Shown here piece after piece: positions 29,551-40,109 of a stretch of DNA of 64,000 nucleotides. This stretch comes from Nitrosopumilaceae archaeon (lineage in GTDB: Archaea > Thermoproteota > Nitrososphaeria > Nitrososphaerales > Nitrosopumilaceae). Position numbers and translations under genes: made by a program. The stretch is from contig OZ242365.1 in the NCBI GenBank assembly GCA_965208905.1, positions 1-64,000 of the forward strand. Direction: 5' to 3'. Numbering within the stretch: the first letter of the stretch is position 1; every line of letters begins with the position of its first letter. The notes beneath the pieces were generated by a model. That model was not told the DNA's origin, did no database searches, and saw only the letters and a list, made by a program, of their open reading frames with translations.

Positions 29551-29735
29551 CACATGTCAAAACCGCAGACTTGAAGTCATACGATATATGATACAAAAAA
29601 TAACTAGTTAGAATATAAATCATTTTTTTCTTGATAACCGTGCATTCCCTAATATTACTACACATACAAGAGTCTCTTTATCTAATTACATTCATCAAGA
29701 CTATTGTATATGCCAAATGTTCTGTATGTAATGAC

Positions 29736-30047
29736 CTAAAAGTCCCTGGGCACGTGTGACTTTTCCTTTAGCCACTCTACCTGTGGTAGTGTAAAACGCC
29801 ACACAATGTCGCCCATCTCACTCTCTTTAAAGTCCCAAGGCGCAATAATTACAATATCGTTGTCTCGAATCCAGACTCGTCGTTTAAGTTTGCCCCTTAT
29901 GCGACTACGCCTAGTTAGACCATCAGTACACTTTACCATGACGTTCTCTCCGCCCATGATCTTTAAAACTCGACCAAAGACCTCGCCCTCCTCAGGTAGC
30001 CGTATCTCCTTTAGATCACTTTCACTCTTAACTTGACGCTTTCCCAC
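29736..30047 (-). CDS. eif1a: Translation initiation factor aIF-1A
   Basis: LPEEGEVFG, CTDG, IRGKLKRRVWIRDNDIV..PWDF. Confidence 0.96.
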   Translation of the reverse strand: MGKRQVKSESDLKEIRLPEEGEVFGRVLKIMGGENVMVKCTDGLTRRSRIRGKLKRRVWIRDNDIVIIAPWDFKESEMGDIVWRFTLPQVEWLKEKSHVPRDF

Positions 30048-30130
30048 TTGTTTAGTAACGTTACTGAGTAATATAATTGGTGGGTTCCAATTTACAAATT
30101 CTTTTATCAGCTGGTGTATGATAGCCTTGC

Positions 30131-31153
30131 ATGGGGATTACATACAAGGATGCAGGCGTAGATGTTGATGCCATAAAGAAGAGTCAAGAGTCCATTGGCC
30201 GATTGATAAGAACAACTCATAATAAAACATCTACAATTCATGGCTTTGGACACTATGCAGGATTGGTGGAGATACCCGGCAATATGTTACTAGCTACCCA
30301 CACCGATGGTGTAGGCACCAAGGTTGCAGTAGCAAATCTAATGAAAAAATTTGACACTGTGGGAATTGATTGCATTGCCATGAATGTGAACGATGTCATA
30401 TGCGTGGGGGCGACACCGACATCGTTTGTGGATTATATTGCTGCCAACAGAAACGAACCTATGATATTTGATGAGTTAATACAAGGACTCTCTGTGGGTG
30501 CCCGGCAGGCAGAAGTTCCCATAGTGGGTGGCGAGACCGCCATTATGACAGATATGTTTGCTGGTGATGACTTTGCATTTGATCTGGCCGGTACAGTGAC
30601 AGGCTTGGTCTCAAAAGACAGCCTTGTATTGGGTGATGCGATTCGGCCTGGCGATGTTATAGTGGGTGCACACAGCTCTGGCATTCACTCCAATGGTTAT
30701 ACTTTGGTGCGTAATGTATTATTCCCCAAATACTCGATACATGATAACATCAAAGGTATGGGTTGTATTGGTGATGCTCTACTGGCACCTACCCGCATAT
30801 ATGTACTTCCTGTACTAGATATACTACAAGAGTGTACTGTGCATGGACTAGCACACATTACTGGTGGGTCATTTGCCAAACTCAGCAGACTTGCCAACGT
30901 CGGCTTTGAAGTGGACTCCCTGCCGCCCATACCGCCGATAATGGAGCTGATACAGGCACAGGGAGTCGATGATGATGAAATGTACAAGACCTTCAATATG
31001 GGAGTAGGGTTTTGTGTGATACTATCCAAAGATCAGGCTGACTCTGCAATATCAATATTTAAGAGATATAATATAGAGTCCAATGTAATCGGATATATAA
31101 CCAACTCAAAAGGAGTTCGCGTAAACTCCCATATACTGTCTTATATTGGGTAG
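30131..31153 (+). CDS. purM: Phosphoribosylformylglycinamidine cyclo-ligase
   Basis: TYKDAGVD, TDGVGTK, AMNVND, GGETA, SSGIHSNG, AHITGG, TFNMGVG. Confidence 0.97.
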   Translation: MGITYKDAGVDVDAIKKSQESIGRLIRTTHNKTSTIHGFGHYAGLVEIPGNMLLATHTDGVGTKVAVANLMKKFDTVGIDCIAMNVNDVICVGATPTSFVDYIAANRNEPMIFDELIQGLSVGARQAEVPIVGGETAIMTDMFAGDDFAFDLAGTVTGLVSKDSLVLGDAIRPGDVIVGAHSSGIHSNGYTLVRNVLFPKYSIHDNIKGMGCIGDALLAPTRIYVLPVLDILQECTVHGLAHITGGSFAKLSRLANVGFEVDSLPPIPPIMELIQAQGVDDDEMYKTFNMGVGFCVILSKDQADSAISIFKRYNIESNVIGYITNSKGVRVNSHILSYIG

Positions 31154-31168
31154 ATTGTCAGGTTCTTC

Positions 31169-32413
31169 ATGGCAGCAGAAGGCAACATCGTAGCAACAAT
31201 AGTGGCAGTGGGCATACTCTTATTTGCATCAAAACTGATGGCAGAGCTGTTTCTGCGATTCAATCTCCCCATGGTGCTAGGTGAACTGATTGCTGGGATG
31301 ATTATAGGGCCGTTTGCACTGGGGGCCTTCATTATATGGCCGGATGGCACATCAATGCTGACCCTTACTCCAGAGATCAAAACACTGGGAGAGATTGGTG
31401 CTATTGTAATACTGTTTATGGCCGGTTTGGAGATGACCCCCAAGGAGTTTATTCGAGGCGGGAAGGCATCGTTCACAGTGGGGACACTAGGAGTCGTAGT
31501 TCCATTCTTTACCGGCCTGCTGATATTTCAGGCATTTGGCTTTGATGCGTACCAGTCCATGCTTATAGCTACTGCATTGACCGCCACAAGTATAGCCATA
31601 TCGATACAGGTTCTGAACGAGTTTGGTAAGTTGAAGACTCCTGAAGCTCGTCTTATTATAGGTGCTGCCGTAGTGGACGATATACTAGCCATAGCGGTAC
31701 TGTCGGTGGTGATATCCATTGGTGGAGATGGCGACCTATCGGCGGTATCTCCCATGGACGTGACTATTAGCATACTTCAGGTTCTGGGATTCTTTGGCGC
31801 AATGATACTAGTTTCAGTTCTGGTGATGCCTCGTATATTGGCCAAGCGAATATGGAGCGGTAAAGGCAGTATAGAGGCCATAGCTACCGCCTCCTTCTTT
31901 GGAGCTGCGGGTCTGGCCGGTACACTTGGCCTGTCGCCCATTGTGGGCGCCTTTGTTGTGGGTATGGCCCTGTCGACCGCCCGGGAATTCAAGAGGATTG
32001 AGAACTTTACAGAAAAGATTGGCCTGATATTTGCCCCACTATTCTTTGTCATAATAGGGGCCCAGGTGGACTTCAGATCAATTGATCTAAACATACTGAT
32101 GCTGAGTGGGATTATAGTGGTAGTTGCAATACTCACAAAACTACTTGGATGCGGTCTTCCCGCGATGCTGTTCCTCAAAGACAGAGCACGTGGCATGCGG
32201 GTTGGCATTGGCATGATATCCCGTGGTGAGGTAGGTCTGATTGTGGCTGGCGTTGGTGTTGCCGCTGGGTCTCTGTCCAATGAGACATACTCTACAATTA
32301 TACTCATGGTGGCTATTACGACTGTTATTACGCCTATATGGCTCAAGGCCGAATATAGAAAGGAGACTAAAAAATCTGGTACTAGTCCGCCTGCTGTAAA
32401 AGATAACTCATAA
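31169..32413 (+). CDS. Cation:proton antiporter (CPA2/Kef family)
   Basis: Multi-TM; GELIAG, LFMAGLE, TATS, AAVVDD, RGEVGL. Confidence 0.92.
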   Translation: MAAEGNIVATIVAVGILLFASKLMAELFLRFNLPMVLGELIAGMIIGPFALGAFIIWPDGTSMLTLTPEIKTLGEIGAIVILFMAGLEMTPKEFIRGGKASFTVGTLGVVVPFFTGLLIFQAFGFDAYQSMLIATALTATSIAISIQVLNEFGKLKTPEARLIIGAAVVDDILAIAVLSVVISIGGDGDLSAVSPMDVTISILQVLGFFGAMILVSVLVMPRILAKRIWSGKGSIEAIATASFFGAAGLAGTLGLSPIVGAFVVGMALSTAREFKRIENFTEKIGLIFAPLFFVIIGAQVDFRSIDLNILMLSGIIVVVAILTKLLGCGLPAMLFLKDRARGMRVGIGMISRGEVGLIVAGVGVAAGSLSNETYSTIILMVAITTVITPIWLKAEYRKETKKSGTSPPAVKDNS

Positions 32414-33495
32414 TGTTGTGTGGTTAGGTTTCTATCTTGATGTTGAACAATGATCTAAATTGTATAGTGTAAATAACCCGCACGGATGTGATTTGGTCAC
32501 CATGTATGTATGTCTCTGAATATTGTGGCCTTTTACTATTCTAATCTCTGTTATGATGATTAATATTAAAAGACCATGAATTCAACTTTCCTGACCATCG
32601 CCCGACCTTGAAGAGGCGCTCTATCTTGGACTCCGGCCCATCTGGGGTGAATGATTCTATTAACCTATGTGATCTGATCATATAAAATAAACACTAATGT
32701 ATCCTTGATAACCTTGGTGCATGGTCGCTGCCTCTTACTGTCCATCGCTTAATGTATCTGGCAGGCGTGTCGTTTTTTGGATTCGATATTGTTTACAATA
32801 CGATTCCAACGATAGAGCAGCTTTACATGATATGTGGTCATGTGTTTTATTGAGTTGTCTGTTTTAGACATCTAGCCTATACAAAAATTATATTATATTG
32901 GGCGGTAGCTAATGAGGTGCCACAAATATAGATGGAGTCATCGGCACGGACAAACACTATGTAATGCGACAACCAGCGAAGGATCGGAGAATCAAGGTGG
33001 TATATGTCGAGTTAAGCATATCACAGTGGCACATTCAGCGGTTATGGCAGAGTGTGTCAAGACAGGGAAGTACCCGCCAAGGTTTATCAGTTGACCAAAG
33101 AAACTCACACCTTCAGATGTAGCGGTTCTGGGCATTAAGGACTTGTTGTGTAGTTGACTACGGTGTACATTTGGTAAAGGCATATGCAAACATGTGGCTG
33201 TAGTTAACGTCTGGCTTGTCGCTTTGACAGAATGACTTACAAGAAAAGTACTACGTTAATATCTGAACTTCTAATATCGTATCGTTATGGGTGTAAAATC
33301 TCCCAGAGTACTTGTGACTGATGGTTAAAATGATTTTATCAAACCTACCAAAAGTGTGTTCGAGTGTAGTGCCGTGTGCAAATTCGTGCATCTAAGATAC
33401 ATGACAGACCAAGTTTAACCATAATAACGTACATAAGATTTAACGGAAACACCACATCGTTGCTTTGTAAACGTGGCGACTTGAAGGTAAAAATT

Positions 33496-34967
33496 GGGAA
33501 TTATATACAAAAGTACACAACCTCGATTCTGAGAGTTAATACCTGAACCACGGAACGCGTCCATACAGCAACTCTCCTTAAATACCAACATACCGTATTA
33601 CACATCATGATACGGATAGTCAAGGTACCGCTACGAATGGATGTGTTGTTTGCAGAGTGGGCGCACCGCACGAATCATGCGTCAAGATATGTGTACAACC
33701 GCGCCGTATCAGAGTATTTGTTTGGCGGCGAATACATGGAGAGGGTGGTAGTGGACATACTACAGCCCTTCAAACTACCGAACACGTTGAAGGGTGTTAC
33801 GTCCGGTACGCTGAACGGTGACTACCATACATATGATTTTGGGTCGTCAAAGAGGGCATTAAAGTACGGCATGCACAAACAGCTTACGGGGTGGCGCGCC
33901 AAACATACATGGCTGCGCGAGTGCCCCACATCGTTTGGTAGGGGCGCCATACAGGATGCCTCCGTCGCATGTAGAAGGGTTATAGATGACAGCTCAGACC
34001 ACGCGCCGTACCGCCGCAAAGACGGCCGCATCATACTTTGTTCCGTTACACCGCCTGTACGAAAAGGTGGGCACACCATACATATCCCCGGATATGGTAT
34101 TGTAGAGACCGCCAAGCCCATCAATACATCATGGGGCATGCGCTCATTCAAGATAGTTGATGTCACCAAACGGGTGGACAAGCATACAAAGCCGTCAGAC
34201 CACATGTTTGAGCTGCATATTGCCATACATGAACCGGTAGAGTCGCACCGCAATACTGGTGTAATGCGGGGTGTTGATGTGGGCGGCAAGCATCTCGCCG
34301 TCACTGTCGACACACATGGCAACGTTACAATACACAACACCCGCCATAGAGCAATCCTGCGGGAGATTGACGCGCTAAAGATTTTGCGCGACCGCAAGAC
34401 ACGGCATGGCCGGAAGTGGCATATATTGAACGACCAGATTAAGCGGCTATACAGGAAGGCCAACAACATAGCCGCGAACACGATAAATCAGACGATTGCG
34501 CAGATAACTAATGGTGTGGGCGCAGTCGTGGTCGAGTCGCTCTCCGTAAAGGACATGACCACGCATGGTGGGAATTACAAACGCGCCATGAACCGTTCAA
34601 TGCGGGAGAACCGTGTCGGGGAGTTCCTGCGCAAGCTTGCGCAGTGGTGTGAGATACACAACATACCGCTGTTGGGGGCATCTGCCAAATACACGAGCCA
34701 GACGTGCCATGTGTGTGGTACGGTGGATGCTAAGTCGCGTGTCACACGCGACAAATTCATTTGCACTAATTGTACCAGAGTGTTTCACGCGGATGTCAAT
34801 GCCGCCTGGAATATCCTGTATAGGGCGGCGGGGAACGTCGTCCTAAGACGGCCGGGGCATAAGGAGGGCTACAAACCAACACCTTCTATGCTCCACTCCA
34901 TACAACGAAGTCGTCAGAAAAGGCATGAGTGTACAGCCGAGGCTGTGTACTTTTGTATATAATTCCC
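33496..34967 (+). mobile_element. Non-autonomous TIR element carrying tnpB (1472 bp)
   Basis: 30-bp TIRs GGGAATTATATACAAAAGTACACA(A/G)CCTCG at 33496-33525 and 34938-34967 (29/30); exact TSD TAAAAATT at 33488-33495 and 34968-34975. Confidence 0.95.
33607..34962 (+). CDS. tnpB: TnpB RNA-guided endonuclease (intact)
   Basis: RYVYN; RuvC GVDVG, VVESL, HADVNAA; YTSQTCHVC..CTNC; stop codon lies inside the right TIR. Confidence 0.93.
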   Translation: MIRIVKVPLRMDVLFAEWAHRTNHASRYVYNRAVSEYLFGGEYMERVVVDILQPFKLPNTLKGVTSGTLNGDYHTYDFGSSKRALKYGMHKQLTGWRAKHTWLRECPTSFGRGAIQDASVACRRVIDDSSDHAPYRRKDGRIILCSVTPPVRKGGHTIHIPGYGIVETAKPINTSWGMRSFKIVDVTKRVDKHTKPSDHMFELHIAIHEPVESHRNTGVMRGVDVGGKHLAVTVDTHGNVTIHNTRHRAILREIDALKILRDRKTRHGRKWHILNDQIKRLYRKANNIAANTINQTIAQITNGVGAVVVESLSVKDMTTHGGNYKRAMNRSMRENRVGEFLRKLAQWCEIHNIPLLGASAKYTSQTCHVCGTVDAKSRVTRDKFICTNCTRVFHADVNAAWNILYRAAGNVVLRRPGHKEGYKPTPSMLHSIQRSRQKRHECTAEAVYFCI

Positions 34968-36102
34968 TAAAAATTCGCTGCTCATTGTAATGACTATACT
35001 GGGATACGACCTTTTCAAATCACATACGATGCTAGACGGTAAGACTTTGACTTAGATGGCAGGTATATTCATCAAGGAAGATGATATACTTCAAGTCGCT
35101 GTGGTATGGCTGTCCAGATCTTGATGTCGCTGTATGTAATGTGATTTATAATCCCGTAAAAAGACTATATTAATGCTGGACATGAAGGCCCGTCATTTGA
35201 ATACGAATTGTGGTTATGGTGCGGCGTAAATATCTGTTATCTACAAACTTTTCTGTACAGTGTTAATCGCAATACAGTGTTGATTAAAATTTGAATATGA
35301 TGTATTTATAATATGCGTCGGTCACATATCAAATGACCTATTTTGGACCATTTATACATCCGGCGCGAATACAACAATACCTGATGCTAGAAGTATGACA
35401 TGAACACTCTATTTTATCAAAAAATACATCTCGGCGACAAAACAATTCCTCGTAAATTTTCTCTGAGACTTTTAATTTAGTCTAATTTTGAAGCGTTCTT
35501 AGTCTTACCGTGAGAATTATGCCTCATAGTTCTTGGAATATTTGACATGAGTATCAACATTATGGCAAAAATACGAATATGTTTTCAAACTTATTTCATA
35601 CAGACACAAAGACTCTAGACATTTGTGAATTACTGTATGTTGATCATAACCATTTATTTTCCAATTATATCAATAATTGAAATATCTAGACGCCCATGAC
35701 ATCTCTGACCCAGCCTGATTTGGCATTTAACAAACCCATAACTTGTCTCTACTAAATCATCCTATGTCGAAAGCGGTATTCGACTTTACTGGCAAGCAAT
35801 CACAAACAACATCAAACGTCTTTCATCAGGTTTTGATGCATTTAATGAAATAACAATCTAGAGTGGCCAGATTGTATTTGGACGATCTTAAAATTGGGTT
35901 TGAATTATTCATGTATCATTACGAGAAGGACTGATGTACAACAGCAAGATACTACAGAATTATTTTCAAGATTGCCAACTGCATCTATCGTCTATGATTT
36001 TTGTAAAAGTCTGTAACATGTAACATCAAATTGTAAAGACGTGGATATTTTTTATCTGTAAATAAATTATTATTTTTCAGTGAACCACATTAAATCGTTA
36101 AA

Positions 36103-36510
36103 ATGGGAAAAACTAAAATATCAATTAAAATAAATCACTTTATGAGTATTGACCAAGCAGCAATTCAAGCTGAAATTACAAGTATATATGAAGAGTTAGA
36201 CCTTCTCAAAAAAACATTAATAGAAATAGATTTGGCCGATGCCAAAAAAGTAAAGCGTGGCAGACCCCGTAAGACTGCAACCACAGAGACGCCCGCACCA
36301 CCCAAAAGAGGTCGTGGCAGACCCCGTAAGACTGCAACCACAGAGACGCCCGCACCACCCAAAAGAGGTCGTGGCAGACCCCGTAAGACTGCAACCACAG
36401 AGACGCCCGCACCACCCAAAAGAGGTCGTGGCAGACCCCGTAAGACTGCAACCACAGAGACGCCCGCACCACCCAAAAGAGGTCGTGGCAGACCACGCAA
36501 AAACACTTAG
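36103..36510 (+). CDS. AT-hook repeat protein (five RGRP hooks) with N-terminal helical segment
   Basis: KRGRPRK / KRGRGRPRK repeated five times; alternative start ATG 36142. Confidence 0.8.
   Translation: MGKTKISIKINHFMSIDQAAIQAEITSIYEELDLLKKTLIEIDLADAKKVKRGRPRKTATTETPAPPKRGRGRPRKTATTETPAPPKRGRGRPRKTATTETPAPPKRGRGRPRKTATTETPAPPKRGRGRPRKNT
36256..36494 (+). repeat. Perfect 57-bp tandem repeat (4 copies + 11 bp)
   Basis: Units start at 36256, 36313, 36370, 36427, 36484; unit encodes RGRPRKTATTETPAPPKRG. Confidence 0.97.
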
Positions 36511-36580
36511 CTCTGACACATCTGTCGATTTTTTGTTTTTTACAAATCACTCCGTCATGAATTTATGACCGTTTAATCAT

Positions 36581-38143
36581 ATGTCATGTAACATGAGAAC
36601 TCAGATGGATGATGCGTGCGACAAAATAGCCCAGAGATTACTCTGTATGAAGGATCCGACTCCTCAGGACGCTAAAAAGATAATTAAAAGTGTCTGCGCA
36701 AAGATGTCTTTAGAGCGAATACCTCGCAAACAAGAGATATTGGCTGCCGCAGGCGATGATGGTTATGCCAAACTCCAGACTATATTGCTAAAGAAACCCG
36801 CCAAGACCGGCTCTGGTGTGGCTGTGATAGCCTTGATGCCCAAGCCATATGCCTGTCCACATGGCCGCTGTACGTACTGTCCCGGCGGCATTACATACAA
36901 CACCCCCAACAGCTATACGGGTACTGAGCCGTCCACCATAAATGCCATGGAGCATCAATACGACCCGGCACTACAGATAACCACAAAACTGGACCAGCTG
37001 ATATCATACGGGCACGATCCATCAAAACTTGAACTGGTAATAGTTGGTGGCACATTCATGTTTATGCCCGAACAGTATAGGTATAATTTTATAAAATCCT
37101 GCTATGACGCGCTAAACAAAACAATATCGCCTACAATTGAATCGGCACAAAGACTCAATTCCGTATCTGCAATACGGAATGTCGGCTTCACCATAGAGAC
37201 CAAGCCCGACTATTGCAAGGCCGAACATATCGATACCATGTTGAAGTATGGCATAACCCGGGTCGAGATAGGGGTCCAAACTCTAAGAGAACAAGTATAC
37301 CGTATAGTAAATAGGGGTCACACCTTTGATGATGTTGTAGAGTCGTTCCAGGCCGCTAGAGATGCGGGTCTCAAAATAGTGGCACACATGATGCCTGGCC
37401 TTCCCACCATGTCGCCTCAGGATGATATAGATGACTTTGCACAACTGTTTGATGATGAGCGTCTACGCCCGGATATGCTCAAGATATACCCCTCCTTGGT
37501 ACTGCGCAACACACCGCTCTATGAACAGTATCTGGATGGCTCCTATACGCCTTATGATGACTCTGCAATGATCAATGTACTGGCTACTGCAAAGGCAAAG
37601 TTTCCTGAATGGATACGTGTAATGCGTATACAGCGTGAGATACCATCTGTGGATATTGTGGCTGGTCCAAATCAGGGTAATCTGCGCCAGCTAATACTAA
37701 ACGAGATGGAACGTCGGCATACCCGATGTCGTTGTATACGATGTAGACAACCAAAACGAATATCTACAAAACTACACAAGAGACGTATTGATTATATTGC
37801 ATCTGGAGGCAACGAGGTGTTCCTATCGTATGTTGATAGTGATGATCAAATATATGGTTTCATACGGCTGCGCAGACCCAGTGAAAAGTCACATAGACCT
37901 GAAACTGTAAACTCTACACTAGTTCGGGAGTTACATGTGTATGGCCGCCTGTTGGGGATAGGCAAGCACGGCGGCATACAACACTCTGGTCTTGGCAGAG
38001 ACCTGCTTGCAGAAGCCGAACGTATATCGAAGATAGAATTTGGAGCAGAACGTATACTGATAATAAGCGCCGTCGGCACCAGACAGTACTACTCCTCTTT
38101 GGGGTATTCATTATATGGACCATACATGTCAAAATCTCTGTGA
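36581..38143 (+). CDS. elp3: Elp3 radical SAM / KAT tRNA U34 modification enzyme
   Basis: CPHGRCTYCPGG, ETKPD, RVEIGVQ, KIYP, RELHVYG, QH.GLG. Confidence 0.95.
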   Translation: MSCNMRTQMDDACDKIAQRLLCMKDPTPQDAKKIIKSVCAKMSLERIPRKQEILAAAGDDGYAKLQTILLKKPAKTGSGVAVIALMPKPYACPHGRCTYCPGGITYNTPNSYTGTEPSTINAMEHQYDPALQITTKLDQLISYGHDPSKLELVIVGGTFMFMPEQYRYNFIKSCYDALNKTISPTIESAQRLNSVSAIRNVGFTIETKPDYCKAEHIDTMLKYGITRVEIGVQTLREQVYRIVNRGHTFDDVVESFQAARDAGLKIVAHMMPGLPTMSPQDDIDDFAQLFDDERLRPDMLKIYPSLVLRNTPLYEQYLDGSYTPYDDSAMINVLATAKAKFPEWIRVMRIQREIPSVDIVAGPNQGNLRQLILNEMERRHTRCRCIRCRQPKRISTKLHKRRIDYIASGGNEVFLSYVDSDDQIYGFIRLRRPSEKSHRPETVNSTLVRELHVYGRLLGIGKHGGIQHSGLGRDLLAEAERISKIEFGAERILIISAVGTRQYYSSLGYSLYGPYMSKSL

Positions 38144-38161
38144 TGCAACTAGCGGAGTGAT

Positions 38162-39757
38162 ATGATGACTACTGATACCATTGGCCGGGGGACATGGGTT
38201 GACAAGCTGGCACACGACATGATACAGCGGGAGATGAGTCTGAATCGCAGTCTGGACGAAACCATAATTGTGGAGAGCGGTCTTGGTGCATCGGGAATAC
38301 CCCATGTGGGCAGTCTGAGTGATGCTGTCCGCTCTTATGGCGTAAAACTATCTTTGGAGGATATGGGCTACAAGTCCATGCTGTTGGCGTACTCGGACGA
38401 CTTGGATGGGCTTCGTAAGATACCTGATGGCTTCCCCAAGAGCTTGGAGGATTTTGTGGGGCAGCCCGTATCTCTTATACCTGACCCGTTTGGAAGCTAC
38501 GAGTCGTATGCACATCATATGTCTAGCATACTATTGGATGGACTAGACAAACTGGGCATAGAGTACAAATCCCAGAGAGCGTTTGATGCGTATAAGGATG
38601 GGCTGCTATCAGAGCAGACACATACAATACTAAAACAGTCTGATTACATAGGTGCAAAAATCAAGGAGATTGTGGGGCAAGACAAGTATGTGACATCACT
38701 ACCATACTTTGCAGTCTGTGAAAAGTGCCACAAGATATACACAACACACTCATACGAATACAACCCATCATCGTATACTATACAATATAGATGCCAGGAT
38801 ACTACAATTGGCGGAAGAGTGGTGTCTGGTTGTGGCCATCAGGGCAGTGTGGATATACGCAAGGGTTTAGGCAAATTGACATGGAAGGTGGAGTTTGCCG
38901 CCCGTTGGAGCGCCTTTGATGTACGCTTTGAGGCATACGGCAAGGATATAATGGATTCGGTATCCGTAAACGATTGGATATCTGAACATATACTTGGGCA
39001 TGCTCCACCACACCACGTCCGCTATGAGATGTTTCTAGATCGCGGAGGAAAGAAGATATCAAAATCTAAGGGCAATGTTGTAACTGCACAAGACTGGCTT
39101 GATGTGGGTACTCCGCAGTCGTTACTTTTGCTTATGTATAAGAGAATACAGGGTGCTCGCCGTCTGGGCCTTGAGGATGTGCCTATGTTGATGAACGAGT
39201 ATGATGAGCTGGAGAATATGTACTTTGGTGTTACAAAGATGGACAACCCCGATAAAACAACTCGACTAAAAGGCTTGTACGAGTATGTGCATCTATTACG
39301 CCCTCCAGACACGATACGCCCTCATGTAAGCTATACATTATTGGTCGAGTTGGCTAAGATATACACAGGCGATAATCGTACAGAGCAGATACTACAGAAA
39401 TTAGATGCATACTCAAAACTACCCGATGACACATCATCTGTAAAACAACTGATAACGCTGGCTGGACGGTTTGCAGACGAGTACGGCCATATGGAGCGCG
39501 AAACAATACAACTGGACACAAATGTAATACCTGCAATATCTGCACTTGTGGCGTCACTTCAAGACAACCCAGATGCAGATCCCCAAACATTGGTATATTC
39601 GGCAGCCAAATCCCACAACATAAAGCCCCGGATGTTCTTTGAGGCCCTGTACAAAATAATATTGGGAACTCGCGGGGGTCCCCGTCTGGGCCCATTAATA
39701 TCGGATATGGGAAGATCAAAAGTGATAGATATGTTACGGAGATATTTACCAGAGTAG
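38162..39757 (+). CDS. lysS: Class I lysyl-tRNA synthetase
   Basis: ASGIPHVG, DDLDGLRK, GKLTWKVEFAARW, KISKSKGN, GPRLG. Confidence 0.96.
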   Translation: MMTTDTIGRGTWVDKLAHDMIQREMSLNRSLDETIIVESGLGASGIPHVGSLSDAVRSYGVKLSLEDMGYKSMLLAYSDDLDGLRKIPDGFPKSLEDFVGQPVSLIPDPFGSYESYAHHMSSILLDGLDKLGIEYKSQRAFDAYKDGLLSEQTHTILKQSDYIGAKIKEIVGQDKYVTSLPYFAVCEKCHKIYTTHSYEYNPSSYTIQYRCQDTTIGGRVVSGCGHQGSVDIRKGLGKLTWKVEFAARWSAFDVRFEAYGKDIMDSVSVNDWISEHILGHAPPHHVRYEMFLDRGGKKISKSKGNVVTAQDWLDVGTPQSLLLLMYKRIQGARRLGLEDVPMLMNEYDELENMYFGVTKMDNPDKTTRLKGLYEYVHLLRPPDTIRPHVSYTLLVELAKIYTGDNRTEQILQKLDAYSKLPDDTSSVKQLITLAGRFADEYGHMERETIQLDTNVIPAISALVASLQDNPDADPQTLVYSAAKSHNIKPRMFFEALYKIILGTRGGPRLGPLISDMGRSKVIDMLRRYLPE

Positions 39758-39759
39758 AT

Positions 39760-39957
39760 ATGGCTCACAGCGAACACAATAAGGCTAGAAACAAGGGTGG
39801 TTTTGCCTTGGTGATAATGGGTGCGTTACTGCTGTTTTTGGCCCCTACAATATATCCTAGCATACCCGAGGCGGGTGTGGCTTCACTGGCAGCAGGTTTT
39901 GCTCTGGGCGGATTGGGCTTTTATGTACATTTTGTACGATACCGGCTGCGCCGTTAG
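39760..39957 (+). CDS. Small two-TM membrane protein
   Basis: Starts 3 bp after the lysS stop; two hydrophobic helices. Confidence 0.6.
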   Translation: MAHSEHNKARNKGGFALVIMGALLLFLAPTIYPSIPEAGVASLAAGFALGGLGFYVHFVRYRLRR

Positions 39958-40109
39958 TGCATATGTGACAAGACCGCTAGATGATACAAGACGACAGAAC
40001 CCAAAGTGGATGGAGATGCTGATATAGATGGATATGCCAAGACCAAAACACGACATGACTTTGATCCAATACATCCTACCACAAATCATAAAAAACAGAT
40101 TAATGTGAT

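Larger units (their letters stand above)
33050..35125 (+). pseudogene. Decayed SWIM-IS6 transposase, split by the 33496-34967 TnpB element
   Basis: Left: LLCS*LRCTFGKGICKHVA (SWIM), PRVLVTDG*, NHNNVH..FNG; right of TSD: KNSLLIVMTILGYDLFKSHTMLDGKTLT*MAGIFIKEDD, aligning to the C-terminus of the 18770-20032 transposase. Confidence 0.75.

Noticed and set aside
29551-29560. ATGTCAA as a canonical IS605 right end (TCAA)
   Set aside because: CACATGTC is exactly duplicated at 28027-28034 outside a matching TIR, so TSD is the better reading; not fully excluded
35130-36100. AT-rich ORF-free kilobase as a replication origin or hidden gene
   Set aside because: No ORB-like repeats, no adjacent cdc6 and no recognisable translation; likely decayed DNA
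36256-36494. Repeat near a TnpB as a possible CRISPR array
   Set aside because: Units are contiguous and identical with no spacers, and they are in-frame coding
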